This document shows, piece by piece, positions 1 to 9,596 of a stretch of 64,000 nt of DNA. The position numbers and the translations under genes were made by a program. This stretch comes from Cyanobacteria bacterium P01_D01_bin.156 (lineage in GTDB: Bacteria; Cyanobacteriota; Cyanobacteriia; Phormidesmidales; Phormidesmidaceae), in contig JBCCQQ010000001.1 in assembly GCA_039024555.1 (NCBI GenBank), forward strand, positions 224,001-288,000, given 5' to 3'. Position 1 is the first letter of the stretch. Every line of letters begins with the position of its first letter. Under the pieces are notes generated by a model. It worked only from the letters and a program-made list of their open reading frames with translations, was not told the origin of the DNA and did no database searches.

Positions 1-300
1 GTTGGTACGAGGTTTTTCGAAGTAAACCCGCATCACAATTTCAAGCTGGGGTGCGAGCGATTCACGTAATTTAACTAGACGAGCACCGTAATCACGAGCA
101 GCAACAACATCATGAACTGAACAAGGACCCACGATTACTAAAAGTCGTCGATCTTCGTTGTAAAGAATATTTCGAATGCGATCGCGGGTTTGAGAAACCA
201 AGGCTGCTGCTGGCTGTGTCAAGGGCAGCTCTGCATGGAGCAGTCCCGGACTGATCAGGGGTCGAGTTTCAACCACATGTAAATCTTGCGTTTGATGCAT
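1..300 (-). CDS. aroF: 3-deoxy-7-phosphoheptulonate (DAHP) synthase, class I, 5' part (runs off window edge)
   Basis: Manual translation from ATG at 300: MHQTQDLHVVETRPLISPGLLHAELP...RLLVIVGPCSVHD; VGPCS motif of AroF/G/H. Not in the ORF track. Confidence 0.9.
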   Translation of the reverse strand, partial: MHQTQDLHVVETRPLISPGLLHAELPLTQPAAALVSQTRDRIRNILYNEDRRLLVIVGPCSVHDVVAARDYGARLVKLRESLAPQLEIVMRVYFEKPRTN

Positions 301-426
301 AGCCAAGAAAGAGTTGTAATGAAAAGCTACCGACACAGCCTAAGGGAAGGAAAGTCAGAGTTAATAGAAGCTTCCATGTCTATTTTGACAGGTCTTGAGC
401 GCAACGAGTAAGAAGTCAACAATGAG

Positions 427-717
427 TTAATCAGCCAATCTCTGAGCAAATACATCCCAAGCAATTGGAGGCTCTAAATATTGAGGACGGTTGGGATTAT
501 AAGGACTTGCCAGACGATTAATCCTAACAATCGTTGCATCATCTGGCAGCACGGGAACATCTGGATCAAAAGATGTAGAGCGCGTTAACGAGCTAGAAAA
601 CCCACGAAAAATCATTATTTCGTCTGCCTCGCCATTAATCTCAATCGTAACCAGCAATACCTCTCGAGGATGCTGAATCGTATACTGCTCAAGCTGCTTT
701 TCAACGGATATCGCCAT
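427..717 (-). CDS. conserved cyanobacterial/plastid hypothetical protein
   Basis: 96 aa; IFRGFSSSL...FDPDVPVLP...RLASPYNP motif recalled from conserved cyanobacterial proteins. Confidence 0.75.
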   Translation of the reverse strand: MAISVEKQLEQYTIQHPREVLLVTIEINGEADEIMIFRGFSSSLTRSTSFDPDVPVLPDDATIVRINRLASPYNPNRPQYLEPPIAWDVFAQRLAD

Positions 718-744
718 GATTCAAGACACCATCAAGAAGGCTAA

Positions 745-1341
745 TTACTGATTGAGAGCCGACCGTCCCTGCCGCCCCAGTTTGACAAATACAAAATAAC
801 TCAAGGTCAAAATGTAGCTAATCAGACCTAAAATAGCCCAAAACCCAAGAAATCCAGGGGTAAATCCAGTGTGAAAAATTTGTCTAAAAAGCATTGGAGC
901 CTCTAGCCAAACCTGGCAACTGGAACTTGCAAATACCTGCCGAGAAAAAGCACAGCGTAAGAAAAGAAGCTGGAAGAGAACACCTAAACCGCAATAAACG
1001 GTAATGCCCCATCGCCAAGATGTAAATGCAAGCTTAAGGGATGACATTGGCTGCTCTCGGATTTCTTCATTTAAGTCGGCCCAGAACCAAAGAGATAGGG
1101 GCATCAGCACCCTTGCCATGCAAGCTGTCAAAAAGCTAAAGGGCAATCCCGCAATCATTAGATACAGGGTAATGACCAACAAACTAGAGACTTTCCAATA
1201 AATCACTAGCATCAGCTGCAAAACCTCTGCCCTTGCAATCAGTGCCCAGCCTAACAATGTTAGTGGAAATAGCACTGTAAAAACGACGGCCAGACGATAG
1301 TCTGTCCAAACCAATGACTGTAGAAACGAAGGACTAGGCAT
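745..1341 (-). CDS. DUF3177 family membrane protein
   Basis: LVWTDYRLAVVFTV...YWKVSSLL...SLWFWADLNEEI; several TM helices. Confidence 0.85.
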   Translation of the reverse strand: MPSPSFLQSLVWTDYRLAVVFTVLFPLTLLGWALIARAEVLQLMLVIYWKVSSLLVITLYLMIAGLPFSFLTACMARVLMPLSLWFWADLNEEIREQPMSSLKLAFTSWRWGITVYCGLGVLFQLLFLRCAFSRQVFASSSCQVWLEAPMLFRQIFHTGFTPGFLGFWAILGLISYILTLSYFVFVKLGRQGRSALNQ

Positions 1342-1611
1342 AGAGTAATTACGATAGGCCTCAAAACGCTCCCTAGATTAACACCGTCGGGTTTCAAGTT
1401 AGCGACTTGAGAGATGCGTAGAAAATAACAGACATATTTGAGAGCTACATTTTGTGTAACCGCTGTATCCCCAATTCTTTAAGGATAGCTGCTAGCGCGG
1501 TATCGCTTAAAAGACAAAGACCAAGCTCCTAACGCGCAGGAACCTGGTCCTTAAAGTACCCAATCGACTAAATCTTAGAGCCAGCAATTTTCCGATGGTA
1601 CTGTCATAAAA

Positions 1612-1836
1612 TCAGTCTTCGTAAATACGGCACTCATCCGCTTCAGGATTCTCATCGCAGTAAGTTTCAAAGTTAGTCTTAGGCTTTTCAGATTCTCTCT
1701 GATGGGAGGCCTCAGCCTGCAGCTCCTCTACAGCATCCCAAGCCGCTGCACAGGCTTCGGAACCAGTACCGTCAGTGCTGCAAACATCACGGGCTGCCTT
1801 AATTTCCTCAGAAATTTTTTCTTGAATATCGCTCAT
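1612..1836 (-). CDS. cp12: Calvin cycle protein CP12
   Basis: AWDAVEEL core, N-terminal Cys pair and C-terminal YCDENPEADECRIYED. Confidence 0.97.
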   Translation of the reverse strand: MSDIQEKISEEIKAARDVCSTDGTGSEACAAAWDAVEELQAEASHQRESEKPKTNFETYCDENPEADECRIYED

Positions 1837-2420
1837 AATTTATAGTCTGCCTTGACTTTCAACGAGGGTATGTAAATCGACTGTGTCCATGCTGCTACTT
1901 CTAGTCAGATGCTAAAACTCAAGCAAGATTAGCCTTATAGAATAGCTAACTCCAGATTTGGAGCATGCTTCCATGGTAACTTTGGTTTTTTAAAATCGGT
2001 TGTATCTAAAGAAGCATTTTGGAATTAAGGTATCGCCGACATTGCCGAGTCCTACAAGCAAAGCCCATGCAGCTTCTGAATCAACCATCTTGCAGATACA
2101 TTCCAACGACAGGAAAGATAACGAACTATTCACGTGATACCCATTCAAAATAGTTCCCATGCAAGATATTGAAACTTTTGCTGGTCGCCTAGGGCAGTCA
2201 TTATCTGATTCCTAGAGAATTTGTCCTAAGGCCAGGGTGTCTTGGAGCTAGACTGGTACTATCTGTAGCAATCTGGAGAATACATTTAACCTGTTAATGC
2301 AGCTTTAGTACTATCAATATTGATGGTTCAGAAAAGCACTGCCAGGGTTGGACCTGGAATCATAACGATAAGTTTCATTTTTGTAGAGTCTTGAGTTTGT
2401 TATCACCTGTACCAAATGCT

Positions 2421-3653
2421 ATGAAATGGGCAAGTGCCGTTTCCACCCATCCTTCACTGGAGCTGGCGCTGCGAGAGGTGATTGAACGGGTCCTGACCCA
2501 ATTAGAAACAGCACCCAATTTAGCCATTGTTTTTATTTCATCAGCGTTTGCTAGCGAATATTCTCGCGTGCTGCCCTTGCTGAAAGGTCCCCTTGGAGGA
2601 GCTCACATCATTGGTTGTAGTGGCAGTGGGGTGATTGGGAGTACCGCTGCAGGGCAACTGACGGAAGTGGAAGACGCAGCGGGCATCAGCTTGACAGTTG
2701 CTTATTTGCCAGATGTCAAGATTCAAGGGTTTCACTTATCAATTGACGAACTGCCAGACTTGGATAGCCCGCCTGGGGAATGGACAGAAATTATTGGCGT
2801 GTCACCAGCTGAACGCCCCAATTTTCTATTGATGGCTGACCCCTTTGCCTCTGGGATGAATGACCTTTTACAAGGATTGGATTTTGCTTACCCAGAATCA
2901 GTCAAGTTGGGTGGATTAGCGGGGATTGAAAGTATTAGTCGTAGCTGTGGTTTATTTTGTGGACAACAGCTGTATCGTCAAGGCGTCATTGGTGTTGCTT
3001 TATCAGGCAACATTACAATAGATGCTATCGTTGCCCAGGGATGTCGCCCTATTGGACCGACATTTCGAGTCGTTGACGGTGAGCGAAATGTGGTCAGTAA
3101 AGTAGTCGCTGCTCAAGGTGACCCCAGCGAGGCAACTGAGCAAACTCCACTAGAAGCACTACAAGAACTCTTTGATACTTTAGATGAAACAGATCGTCAG
3201 TTAGCCCAAGAATCCTTATTTATTGGGCTAGCCCAGAGTAGTTTCAAACAGTCTCTGAGGCAGGGAGACTTCTTAATTCGCAATCTAGTAGGCGTGGATC
3301 CCAAAGTAGGCGCCATTGCCATTGCTGATCGAATTCGTCCCGGACAGCGTATTCAGTTTCATCTACGCGATTCAACCACAGCCCAGGATGATTTAGCGAC
3401 TCTTCTAAAGAGCTATCAAATTAATAATCAGGAACGTGTGACTCCTTCTGGAGCACTACTTTTTGCCTGTAATGGACGTGGTACAAACTTATTCGGCACT
3501 CCAAACTGCGACACAGAACAGTTTACACAAACACTAGGACCTATTCCCATGGGAGGTTTCTTTTGTAGCGGTGAAATTGGACCGGTAGGGCAAACAACCT
3601 TTTTACACGGATTTACATCAGTATTTGGTATTTGTCGTGAACTAGATCATTAA
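2421..3653 (+). CDS. FIST (N and C domain) signal-transduction protein, NosP-like
   Basis: MKWASAVS start; IGCSGSGVIG, VAQGCRPIG, LFACNGRG, GFFCSGEIGP motifs. Confidence 0.9.
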   Translation: MKWASAVSTHPSLELALREVIERVLTQLETAPNLAIVFISSAFASEYSRVLPLLKGPLGGAHIIGCSGSGVIGSTAAGQLTEVEDAAGISLTVAYLPDVKIQGFHLSIDELPDLDSPPGEWTEIIGVSPAERPNFLLMADPFASGMNDLLQGLDFAYPESVKLGGLAGIESISRSCGLFCGQQLYRQGVIGVALSGNITIDAIVAQGCRPIGPTFRVVDGERNVVSKVVAAQGDPSEATEQTPLEALQELFDTLDETDRQLAQESLFIGLAQSSFKQSLRQGDFLIRNLVGVDPKVGAIAIADRIRPGQRIQFHLRDSTTAQDDLATLLKSYQINNQERVTPSGALLFACNGRGTNLFGTPNCDTEQFTQTLGPIPMGGFFCSGEIGPVGQTTFLHGFTSVFGICRELDH

Positions 3654-3695
3654 TTAGGGTTGACTGCTGAGGAGTGTACTGGCAGCTCAAATCAT

Positions 3696-4271
3696 CTACT
3701 GAACAGGCACATCACGGGCAGTTTCAATCGAAGATTCAATATTTGAGGCAGAGCCAAACAAGGTCAGCTGAGGCAGATGCTTCATAAAATGCCAAGATTG
3801 CTGCAGCCGTTGTCGCCCTTGAGAGGTGCTCAATTGACTCAGTCCCCCTAGGAGTGCGATCGCAGTAGTTCCAGCAACTGTCCAAAGCACAACCGATAGT
3901 GAAACTTTGCCCAGAAAGCCAGGCGTAGGTACCTTAAGAACTGATGTTTCTGACATAGGTATGGGAGCCCTACGAATAGCCTGCCTCAACATCAGCAGTT
4001 GTTGATACATTTGTTGAACAACTGGGTCATCTTTTATCCATTGCGTAACGAGTTGACGCTCTTCAGACGTCACTTCATCATCCATATAAGCACTCAGTAA
4101 TTCGAAACGTGTTTCTTCATCATAGAAATGGGTTATGGATGTCCAGGACACATCACCATTTCCAGTAGAAAAGTCATCACTACCGTTGTGCACATCTTGC
4201 AAGGGTTGATTTAAGGGACCACAGTTGCCAGATGTATCATCTTTGCGAGACTGACCATGACGAAAAAACAT
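3696..4271 (-). CDS. anti-sigma factor family protein (single TM)
   Basis: RFELLSAYMDDEVTSEERQLV anti-sigma motif followed by a hydrophobic TM segment; start uncertain. Confidence 0.75.
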   Translation of the reverse strand: MFFRHGQSRKDDTSGNCGPLNQPLQDVHNGSDDFSTGNGDVSWTSITHFYDEETRFELLSAYMDDEVTSEERQLVTQWIKDDPVVQQMYQQLLMLRQAIRRAPIPMSETSVLKVPTPGFLGKVSLSVVLWTVAGTTAIALLGGLSQLSTSQGRQRLQQSWHFMKHLPQLTLFGSASNIESSIETARDVPVQ

Positions 4272-4467
4272 AACGGTTGAATTTGAGTGACTAATGCCAC
4301 ATTCTCAAAGACGGACTTAACAGTACGTGCACTTGAAGAGATGACATTTCTTGGAACTTCCCTTGCAGAATCGGTGGCGTCTAACTTAGCACCGAAGCCC
4401 ATTAGTTATGATCAAAACCAGCTAACTTTGCAAAGAGGCACACTAAAGTAATGTAAGTAACGATTGA

Positions 4468-4496
4468 TCAGACGTTAGGTTGAGGAAAAAGTATCC
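4468..4496 (-). promoter_or_regulatory. candidate ECF (SigG/SigE-type) promoter
   Basis: Minus strand GGATACTT-N15-GTCTGA resembles the GGAACTT...GTC ECF consensus; lies upstream of the anti-sigma gene. Confidence 0.35.
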
Positions 4497-4779
4497 GGAA
4501 ATCCCAGAGTTTTTTAATTCAAACTAAATCAGGGATTAAGAAGTTGGGCTGATTTGCTTGATAATACAATCCTAGTTCTTGAAACAGCTACCGATGAAAT
4601 TAGTTCACTTTTCAAGACCCTGGAAATCACCTCCTCAGCTCTAGTTAGTCTGCCGCTCAACTAGTTTTGTGCTTTTTGATACGGTTTTACGCCAAAATCT
4701 TGGGGAACCTCCCCGACAGGATACATAACCACAGAAGATGGTAAGGGTATACTGGTTTCAGCCGTTTGCTTATCCGACC

Positions 4780-5220
4780 ATGCAGCACTTGGCCAAGGTT
4801 TGCCATACAACCTCTGAGGGAGAAATTGTTTTACAGTTTCTCGCACGTCAGCTAGAAGATTACCTATGGGAGCTATCTGTGGGTGATAAAGAGGTTGTGT
4901 CTACCCTACCAGTCACTTTCAATGAGGGAACATTGGTGCTAGTAGAACTAGATACCTCTAATCAAGTAGTTGATGTTCAAGAGGCAACGGACTGGATTCT
5001 TGACCTAGTATCAAAGTTTTTAACCCAAGGAGTCACGCCCCAATTTTTTCATCAAGAGGTGGAACGAGCGGAGCAGTGGCGACAATCCTTAACACTTCAA
5101 AGCCAAGAAATTCGCCGACGCGCATTAGAGACTGCCGCTCGCCGAGATGAAATTCAAGAATTAGAAAAAAAGCTACGTTTAGAGCAGGAAGAGCTAGAGC
5201 AAAAAAAGGATGAGTCATAA
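4780..5220 (+). CDS. hypothetical protein resembling the HmpF N-terminal region
   Basis: MQHLAKV...LQFLARQ...W...EGTLVLVELD..NQV...EQWRQSLTLQSQEIRRR, then coiled coil. Confidence 0.7.
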   Translation: MQHLAKVCHTTSEGEIVLQFLARQLEDYLWELSVGDKEVVSTLPVTFNEGTLVLVELDTSNQVVDVQEATDWILDLVSKFLTQGVTPQFFHQEVERAEQWRQSLTLQSQEIRRRALETAARRDEIQELEKKLRLEQEELEQKKDES

Positions 5221-5262
5221 AATAACTCTTAACCTGCTCAAAACCTGCTCAAAATAGTGAAA

Positions 5263-7248
5263 TCAGACTGATTTTGATGCCGATAATGCCCTGACTGAAG
5301 TACTAGTTTGGGATACAGGTGATGTGTTAGGAACTAAAAATAAACTTCGCAATAATCTAGCCGCTGCCCTTTGAGCAAGATTACTAGCAACCCGTTGTCC
5401 CATCGCTCGAGTCTCAGACTTTGCGAGCACCTGCGGTACTAGTTTCACAACTGTGGCACCATTCATTCCCTTGGTCTCGCCCAAAAGCCCAAAGATGCGA
5501 CTAATATGCTCCCACTCCTTTCCACTAGTGGAATTCGTTGGATCATTATGGACAGCTGTGCGACTCTCAATAGAGTTCTGCAGACGTTTCAGTAAACCAT
5601 AGCCAAATTGATCAAGGCTTTTAGCCAGTTCGTCTGCAATGTGATCACGAATATGATCGCCCCGTTCCGAGAAAAGGTAATCAACTGTTTGTTGTAAAAC
5701 CTTTTCTAAATCATAGTCCTGACTGTTACGGGCATTGCGCAACAGGTTCTCAAGACGATTCCATCGAAAATCTCCATCTTTAAACAGAAGCTCTTGAAGG
5801 GACTGCCGTAACTCCGGTGCAGAATCGGTTAACAGGCGTTTTGCGACATAGGGGTAGGCCTTACTCAGTACCTTAAAGTCAGGATCGACACTGATGGCAA
5901 TTCCATCTAGGGTCACCAAGGAACGAATAATTAGCGCATAGTAGGCAGGTACTCTGAACGGATACTCGTACATCAGAGAAGAGAACTCATCCGTAATACT
6001 TTTAAGATTGAGCTCAGCCACTGTAGCGCCTAGGGCATTATTAAACACGCTGGCCAAGGCTGGAATGATAGGACTCAGATCCGTATCAGGTGTTAAAAAC
6101 TCTAGCTTTACGTAGTCTTGGGCTAAGCCTTCAAAATCACGATTGACCATATGAACGATGGCTTCGATGAGACCATAGCGCTGATAGCTTTCCACGGTAC
6201 ACATCATGCCGAAATCGAGATAGGCCAATTTGCCATCATCGGTAACCAGCAAATTACCAGGGTGAGGATCAGCATGAAAAAACCCATGCTCCAGTAGCTG
6301 GCGAAGGGAGCACTGTACACCAATCTCAACAATTTCAGTTGCCTTCAGACCTTTCGATTCCAGAATGTCTGGCTCAGTTAGTTTAGTACCATTGATCCAT
6401 TCCATCGTCAGCACCCGGCGCGCCGTCAACTCCGTGTAGATGCGCGGCACAATGATATCTGGGAGATACCCATACAAAGATTCAAAACGCTCAGCATTTT
6501 CTCCTTCATGGGTATAGTCCATCTCCTCAAAGATCCGGGTACCAAACTCGTCCATAATACTGACGAGGTCGCTACGCACCACACTGAGGTTATTACAAGC
6601 CCACTGAGCCATACGGCGAAGTAAGTATATATCGCGGGTAATCTGAGCAGTCAGCCCCGGACGTTGCACTTTAATGGCCACATCTTCCCCGGTTTTGAGC
6701 TTTCCCTTATAAACCTGACCTAGGGATGCAGCAGCAACGGGTTGAGACGACATTTCTGCATAAATTTCATCCGGTAGCTCACCCAAATCTTCCTTAATTA
6801 ACTTGAAGGCGATTTCATTGGGAAAGGGGGGAATCTGATCCTGCAGCTTGACCAATTCTTCCATGTAAGCTGGGGGAACTAAGTCAGGCCGTGTAGATAG
6901 GGCTTGACCAATTTTGATATATGCAGGCCCCAGCTTGGTTAGAACCTCCCGCAGTTGCACAGCCCGCTTCGATTCATTTTGAGCCTGATTACCAGTTTGT
7001 CGATCCCACAGCACCCCAAGACCAAACCCCAGAAACGTCCACACCAGCTCCACTAAGCGAAAAAGAATTTGCAACGGGCGGGAGCTGTAGTAACGTGCGA
7101 TCGCATCCGGATCGTAAATCAGAAAGTCCTCCAAAGATTGAACATGAGGGGTCTGACGATCATCATTCATACTGGAGAATGCGGGTGCAGCATGCATGGG
7201 CGATATCCTTAATATCTGCAGGAAGGCTTGACTTAGAGAGATGACCAT
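5263..7248 (-). CDS. AarF/ABC1/UbiB family atypical kinase
   Basis: LGPAYIKIGQALSTRPD, AAASLGQVY, VAIKVQRP, FFHADPHPGN, LDFGM; true start may be downstream. Confidence 0.95.
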   Translation of the reverse strand: MVISLSQAFLQILRISPMHAAPAFSSMNDDRQTPHVQSLEDFLIYDPDAIARYYSSRPLQILFRLVELVWTFLGFGLGVLWDRQTGNQAQNESKRAVQLREVLTKLGPAYIKIGQALSTRPDLVPPAYMEELVKLQDQIPPFPNEIAFKLIKEDLGELPDEIYAEMSSQPVAAASLGQVYKGKLKTGEDVAIKVQRPGLTAQITRDIYLLRRMAQWACNNLSVVRSDLVSIMDEFGTRIFEEMDYTHEGENAERFESLYGYLPDIIVPRIYTELTARRVLTMEWINGTKLTEPDILESKGLKATEIVEIGVQCSLRQLLEHGFFHADPHPGNLLVTDDGKLAYLDFGMMCTVESYQRYGLIEAIVHMVNRDFEGLAQDYVKLEFLTPDTDLSPIIPALASVFNNALGATVAELNLKSITDEFSSLMYEYPFRVPAYYALIIRSLVTLDGIAISVDPDFKVLSKAYPYVAKRLLTDSAPELRQSLQELLFKDGDFRWNRLENLLRNARNSQDYDLEKVLQQTVDYLFSERGDHIRDHIADELAKSLDQFGYGLLKRLQNSIESRTAVHNDPTNSTSGKEWEHISRIFGLLGETKGMNGATVVKLVPQVLAKSETRAMGQRVASNLAQRAAARLLRSLFLVPNTSPVSQTSTSVRALSASKSV

Positions 7249-7296
7249 AAACCCAGTGCAGTCAGCAAAGATACTTAGCCAACACTCAGCTCAATC

Positions 7297-7314
7297 ATTG
7301 TTAACTATTGTAAC
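7297..7314 (-). promoter_or_regulatory. HLR1-like direct repeat (RpaB site)
   Basis: Minus strand GTTACAAT-AG-TTAACAAT, upstream of the ABC1 kinase. Confidence 0.6.
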
Positions 7315-7577
7315 AAGTTGATCCCGTTATCTCACTGGATTAACCATAAGTCCACAATAATTAGCTTCGCAGCTATATGTCAGTCGAACAAACCGAATCT
7401 GTAGATAGGGTTTGACAACTAAAGCCATTACAAAGAATTCTTTTGAACTCGCTCTTTAACCTTCACGGGAAAAAATCCACAGTAAAATTGGTTAGCTTAT
7501 TGTCGATGCTGTTACTGCCCGTTCCATACTGTGCCCTGGTTTAGTCACACCTGTTCAAACTCCCTATTTAGGAGGCA

Positions 7578-9299
7578 ATGGCCATGCTAACCTCCCTAAA
7601 AATCGACAATTTCACACTGATTGATCAATTAGAGTTATCGCTACAGCCTGGACTGAATGTTTTAACTGGAGAGACCGGGGCTGGAAAATCTATCATCCTG
7701 GACGCTATCGATACAGTTCTAGGGGGTAAGGCCAGCGGAAAGTTAGTGCGTACAGGCGAAAAAAAGGCACTCATTGAAGCAACGTTTCAAACTCCACCTG
7801 CGGTGGCAGATTGGCTGAATGCCAATGACATTCCCCTTAATGGAGATGGACTGCGCTGTAGTCGGGAACTGACAACAGGACGAGGAGCTGTACGCAGTCG
7901 TAGTCGCCTAAATGATGTAGTTGTCAAAAAAAATCAGCTAGAAGAACTGCGACAGCTATTGGTAGAAATCACTGCACAAGGCCAAACCATTCAATTGGGT
8001 TCCTTAGATGCACAGCGGAATTGGCTCGATGGGTTTGCCGGCAGCCAACATCTAAGGCAAAGGCAGTCAGTCAGTGCAGCCTATACAACAGCAACTGAAG
8101 CTCGTCAGGCCCTAGAACGACGGCGAAGGGCGGAACAACAGCGACAGCAACAGCTTGATTTGTTTGAGTATCACGCCCAAGATCTCAATGGTGCTGAGTT
8201 ACAGGATGGAGATGAATTAGATCTCTTAAAGCAAGAGCACCAACGGCTCAGTCATAGTGTAGAACTACAAAAACAAAGCTATGAAGCCTATCAGATTCTC
8301 TACGAGAGCGATGGTTCCTTTGATAACTGTTCAGATTTGCTGAGTCGTGTGGAACAGATCCTCAGTTCCATGCAACGTTTTGATGATCAGGTAACGCCTG
8401 TCCTGGATCTAATCAGTGATTCTTTGGCGCAGGTAGAAGAAGCAGGCCGCCAAATTAATACGTACGGAGAAAATTTAGAGACCGATCCCACACGGCTTGC
8501 TGAAGTTGAAGCGCGCATGAGTTATCTCAAACAGCTCTGTCGAAAGTATGGTCGCGATTTACCAGAGTTGATTGAGTACTATCAGGAAATTCAAGTTGCT
8601 CTGGATGCTCTCAATGGCGATGGCCAATCTATTGAGACCCTAGAGGCGCTCGATCAAGAAGCCCAGGAAATCTTGATGGCGGAATGCACCAAACTTACAA
8701 AGCTCCGTAAAAAAGCTGCTAAACAATTAGAATCCCAACTGGTAGACGAGCTAAAACCCTTGGCCATGGAGCGGGTGAAATTTAAGGTAGAGCTGAGTTC
8801 AGACTCTCCCCAGCTGCACGGTGCAGATATCGTGGAATTTCTGTTTAGTCCTAACCCTGGTGAACCACTACAGCCCCTAGCCGCGATCGCATCAGGCGGA
8901 GAAATGAGCCGCTTTTTATTAGCCTTCAAAGCCTGTTTTAGTAAAGTAGACCCCATCGGCACCTTGATTTTTGACGAAATTGACGTGGGGGTATCTGGAC
9001 GAGTAGCCCAGACCATTGCCGAAAAGCTTTATCAGCTTAGCCAAGATCGCCAGGTTTTATGTGTCACCCATCAACCGCTAGTCGCCGCTATGGCAGATGC
9101 CCATTTTCATGTGGACAAACAGGTGGTCGTAGCTGGCAAAAAAAAGACAGACGAACGTACCGTGGTCCGAATCACCGATTTAGACGAGGATGCCCGTCGT
9201 GAGGAGCTAGCTCAGTTAGCAGGTGGCCGCTCTCACCACGAAAGCATCGCCTTTGCAGAGTCACTGTTAGCTCAGGCTGCTACCCTACGACAATCGTAG
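7578..9299 (+). CDS. recN: DNA repair protein RecN
   Basis: LTGETGAGKS Walker A, coiled coil, ASGGEMSR signature, FDEIDVGVSG, VTHQP. Confidence 0.97.
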   Translation: MAMLTSLKIDNFTLIDQLELSLQPGLNVLTGETGAGKSIILDAIDTVLGGKASGKLVRTGEKKALIEATFQTPPAVADWLNANDIPLNGDGLRCSRELTTGRGAVRSRSRLNDVVVKKNQLEELRQLLVEITAQGQTIQLGSLDAQRNWLDGFAGSQHLRQRQSVSAAYTTATEARQALERRRRAEQQRQQQLDLFEYHAQDLNGAELQDGDELDLLKQEHQRLSHSVELQKQSYEAYQILYESDGSFDNCSDLLSRVEQILSSMQRFDDQVTPVLDLISDSLAQVEEAGRQINTYGENLETDPTRLAEVEARMSYLKQLCRKYGRDLPELIEYYQEIQVALDALNGDGQSIETLEALDQEAQEILMAECTKLTKLRKKAAKQLESQLVDELKPLAMERVKFKVELSSDSPQLHGADIVEFLFSPNPGEPLQPLAAIASGGEMSRFLLAFKACFSKVDPIGTLIFDEIDVGVSGRVAQTIAEKLYQLSQDRQVLCVTHQPLVAAMADAHFHVDKQVVVAGKKKTDERTVVRITDLDEDARREELAQLAGGRSHHESIAFAESLLAQAATLRQS

Positions 9300-9596
9300 G
9301 GACAACAGCAACCTCTACCATCTGCAAACATGTAACCAGGTGATCCAACTATCAAGAAACTTAAACGGCACACAGCTGTCGCAAAAAATAACTTTTTTCT
9401 CAGGATCGCAAAATACTCTATGCCCTTTCCCATAAGAGTCCGCCACAGGCTTGATTTTTGTCCATTAACAATGAGTAGTTACTCAAAGAAAATTCAATCT
9501 CTTGCAAAAAAGCCTTCCGCAAGTCGCAGACCAGCCTAGCTCTCGTGTGTCACAATATATTCGGTTTTGCCAGCGGGCAGGTACCAACTACACGCT

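Noticed and set aside
5231..5252. Tandem AACCTGCTCAA x2; also TAAATCCCAA x2 near 18176 and ATTCGCCACA x2 in ldpA
   Set aside because: Only two short copies each, consistent with local slippage; not a CRISPR or STRR array
7543..7556. Possible LexA box upstream of recN (AGTCACACCTGTTC)
   Set aside because: Left half does not fit the cyanobacterial RGTAC-N3-DGTWC spacing
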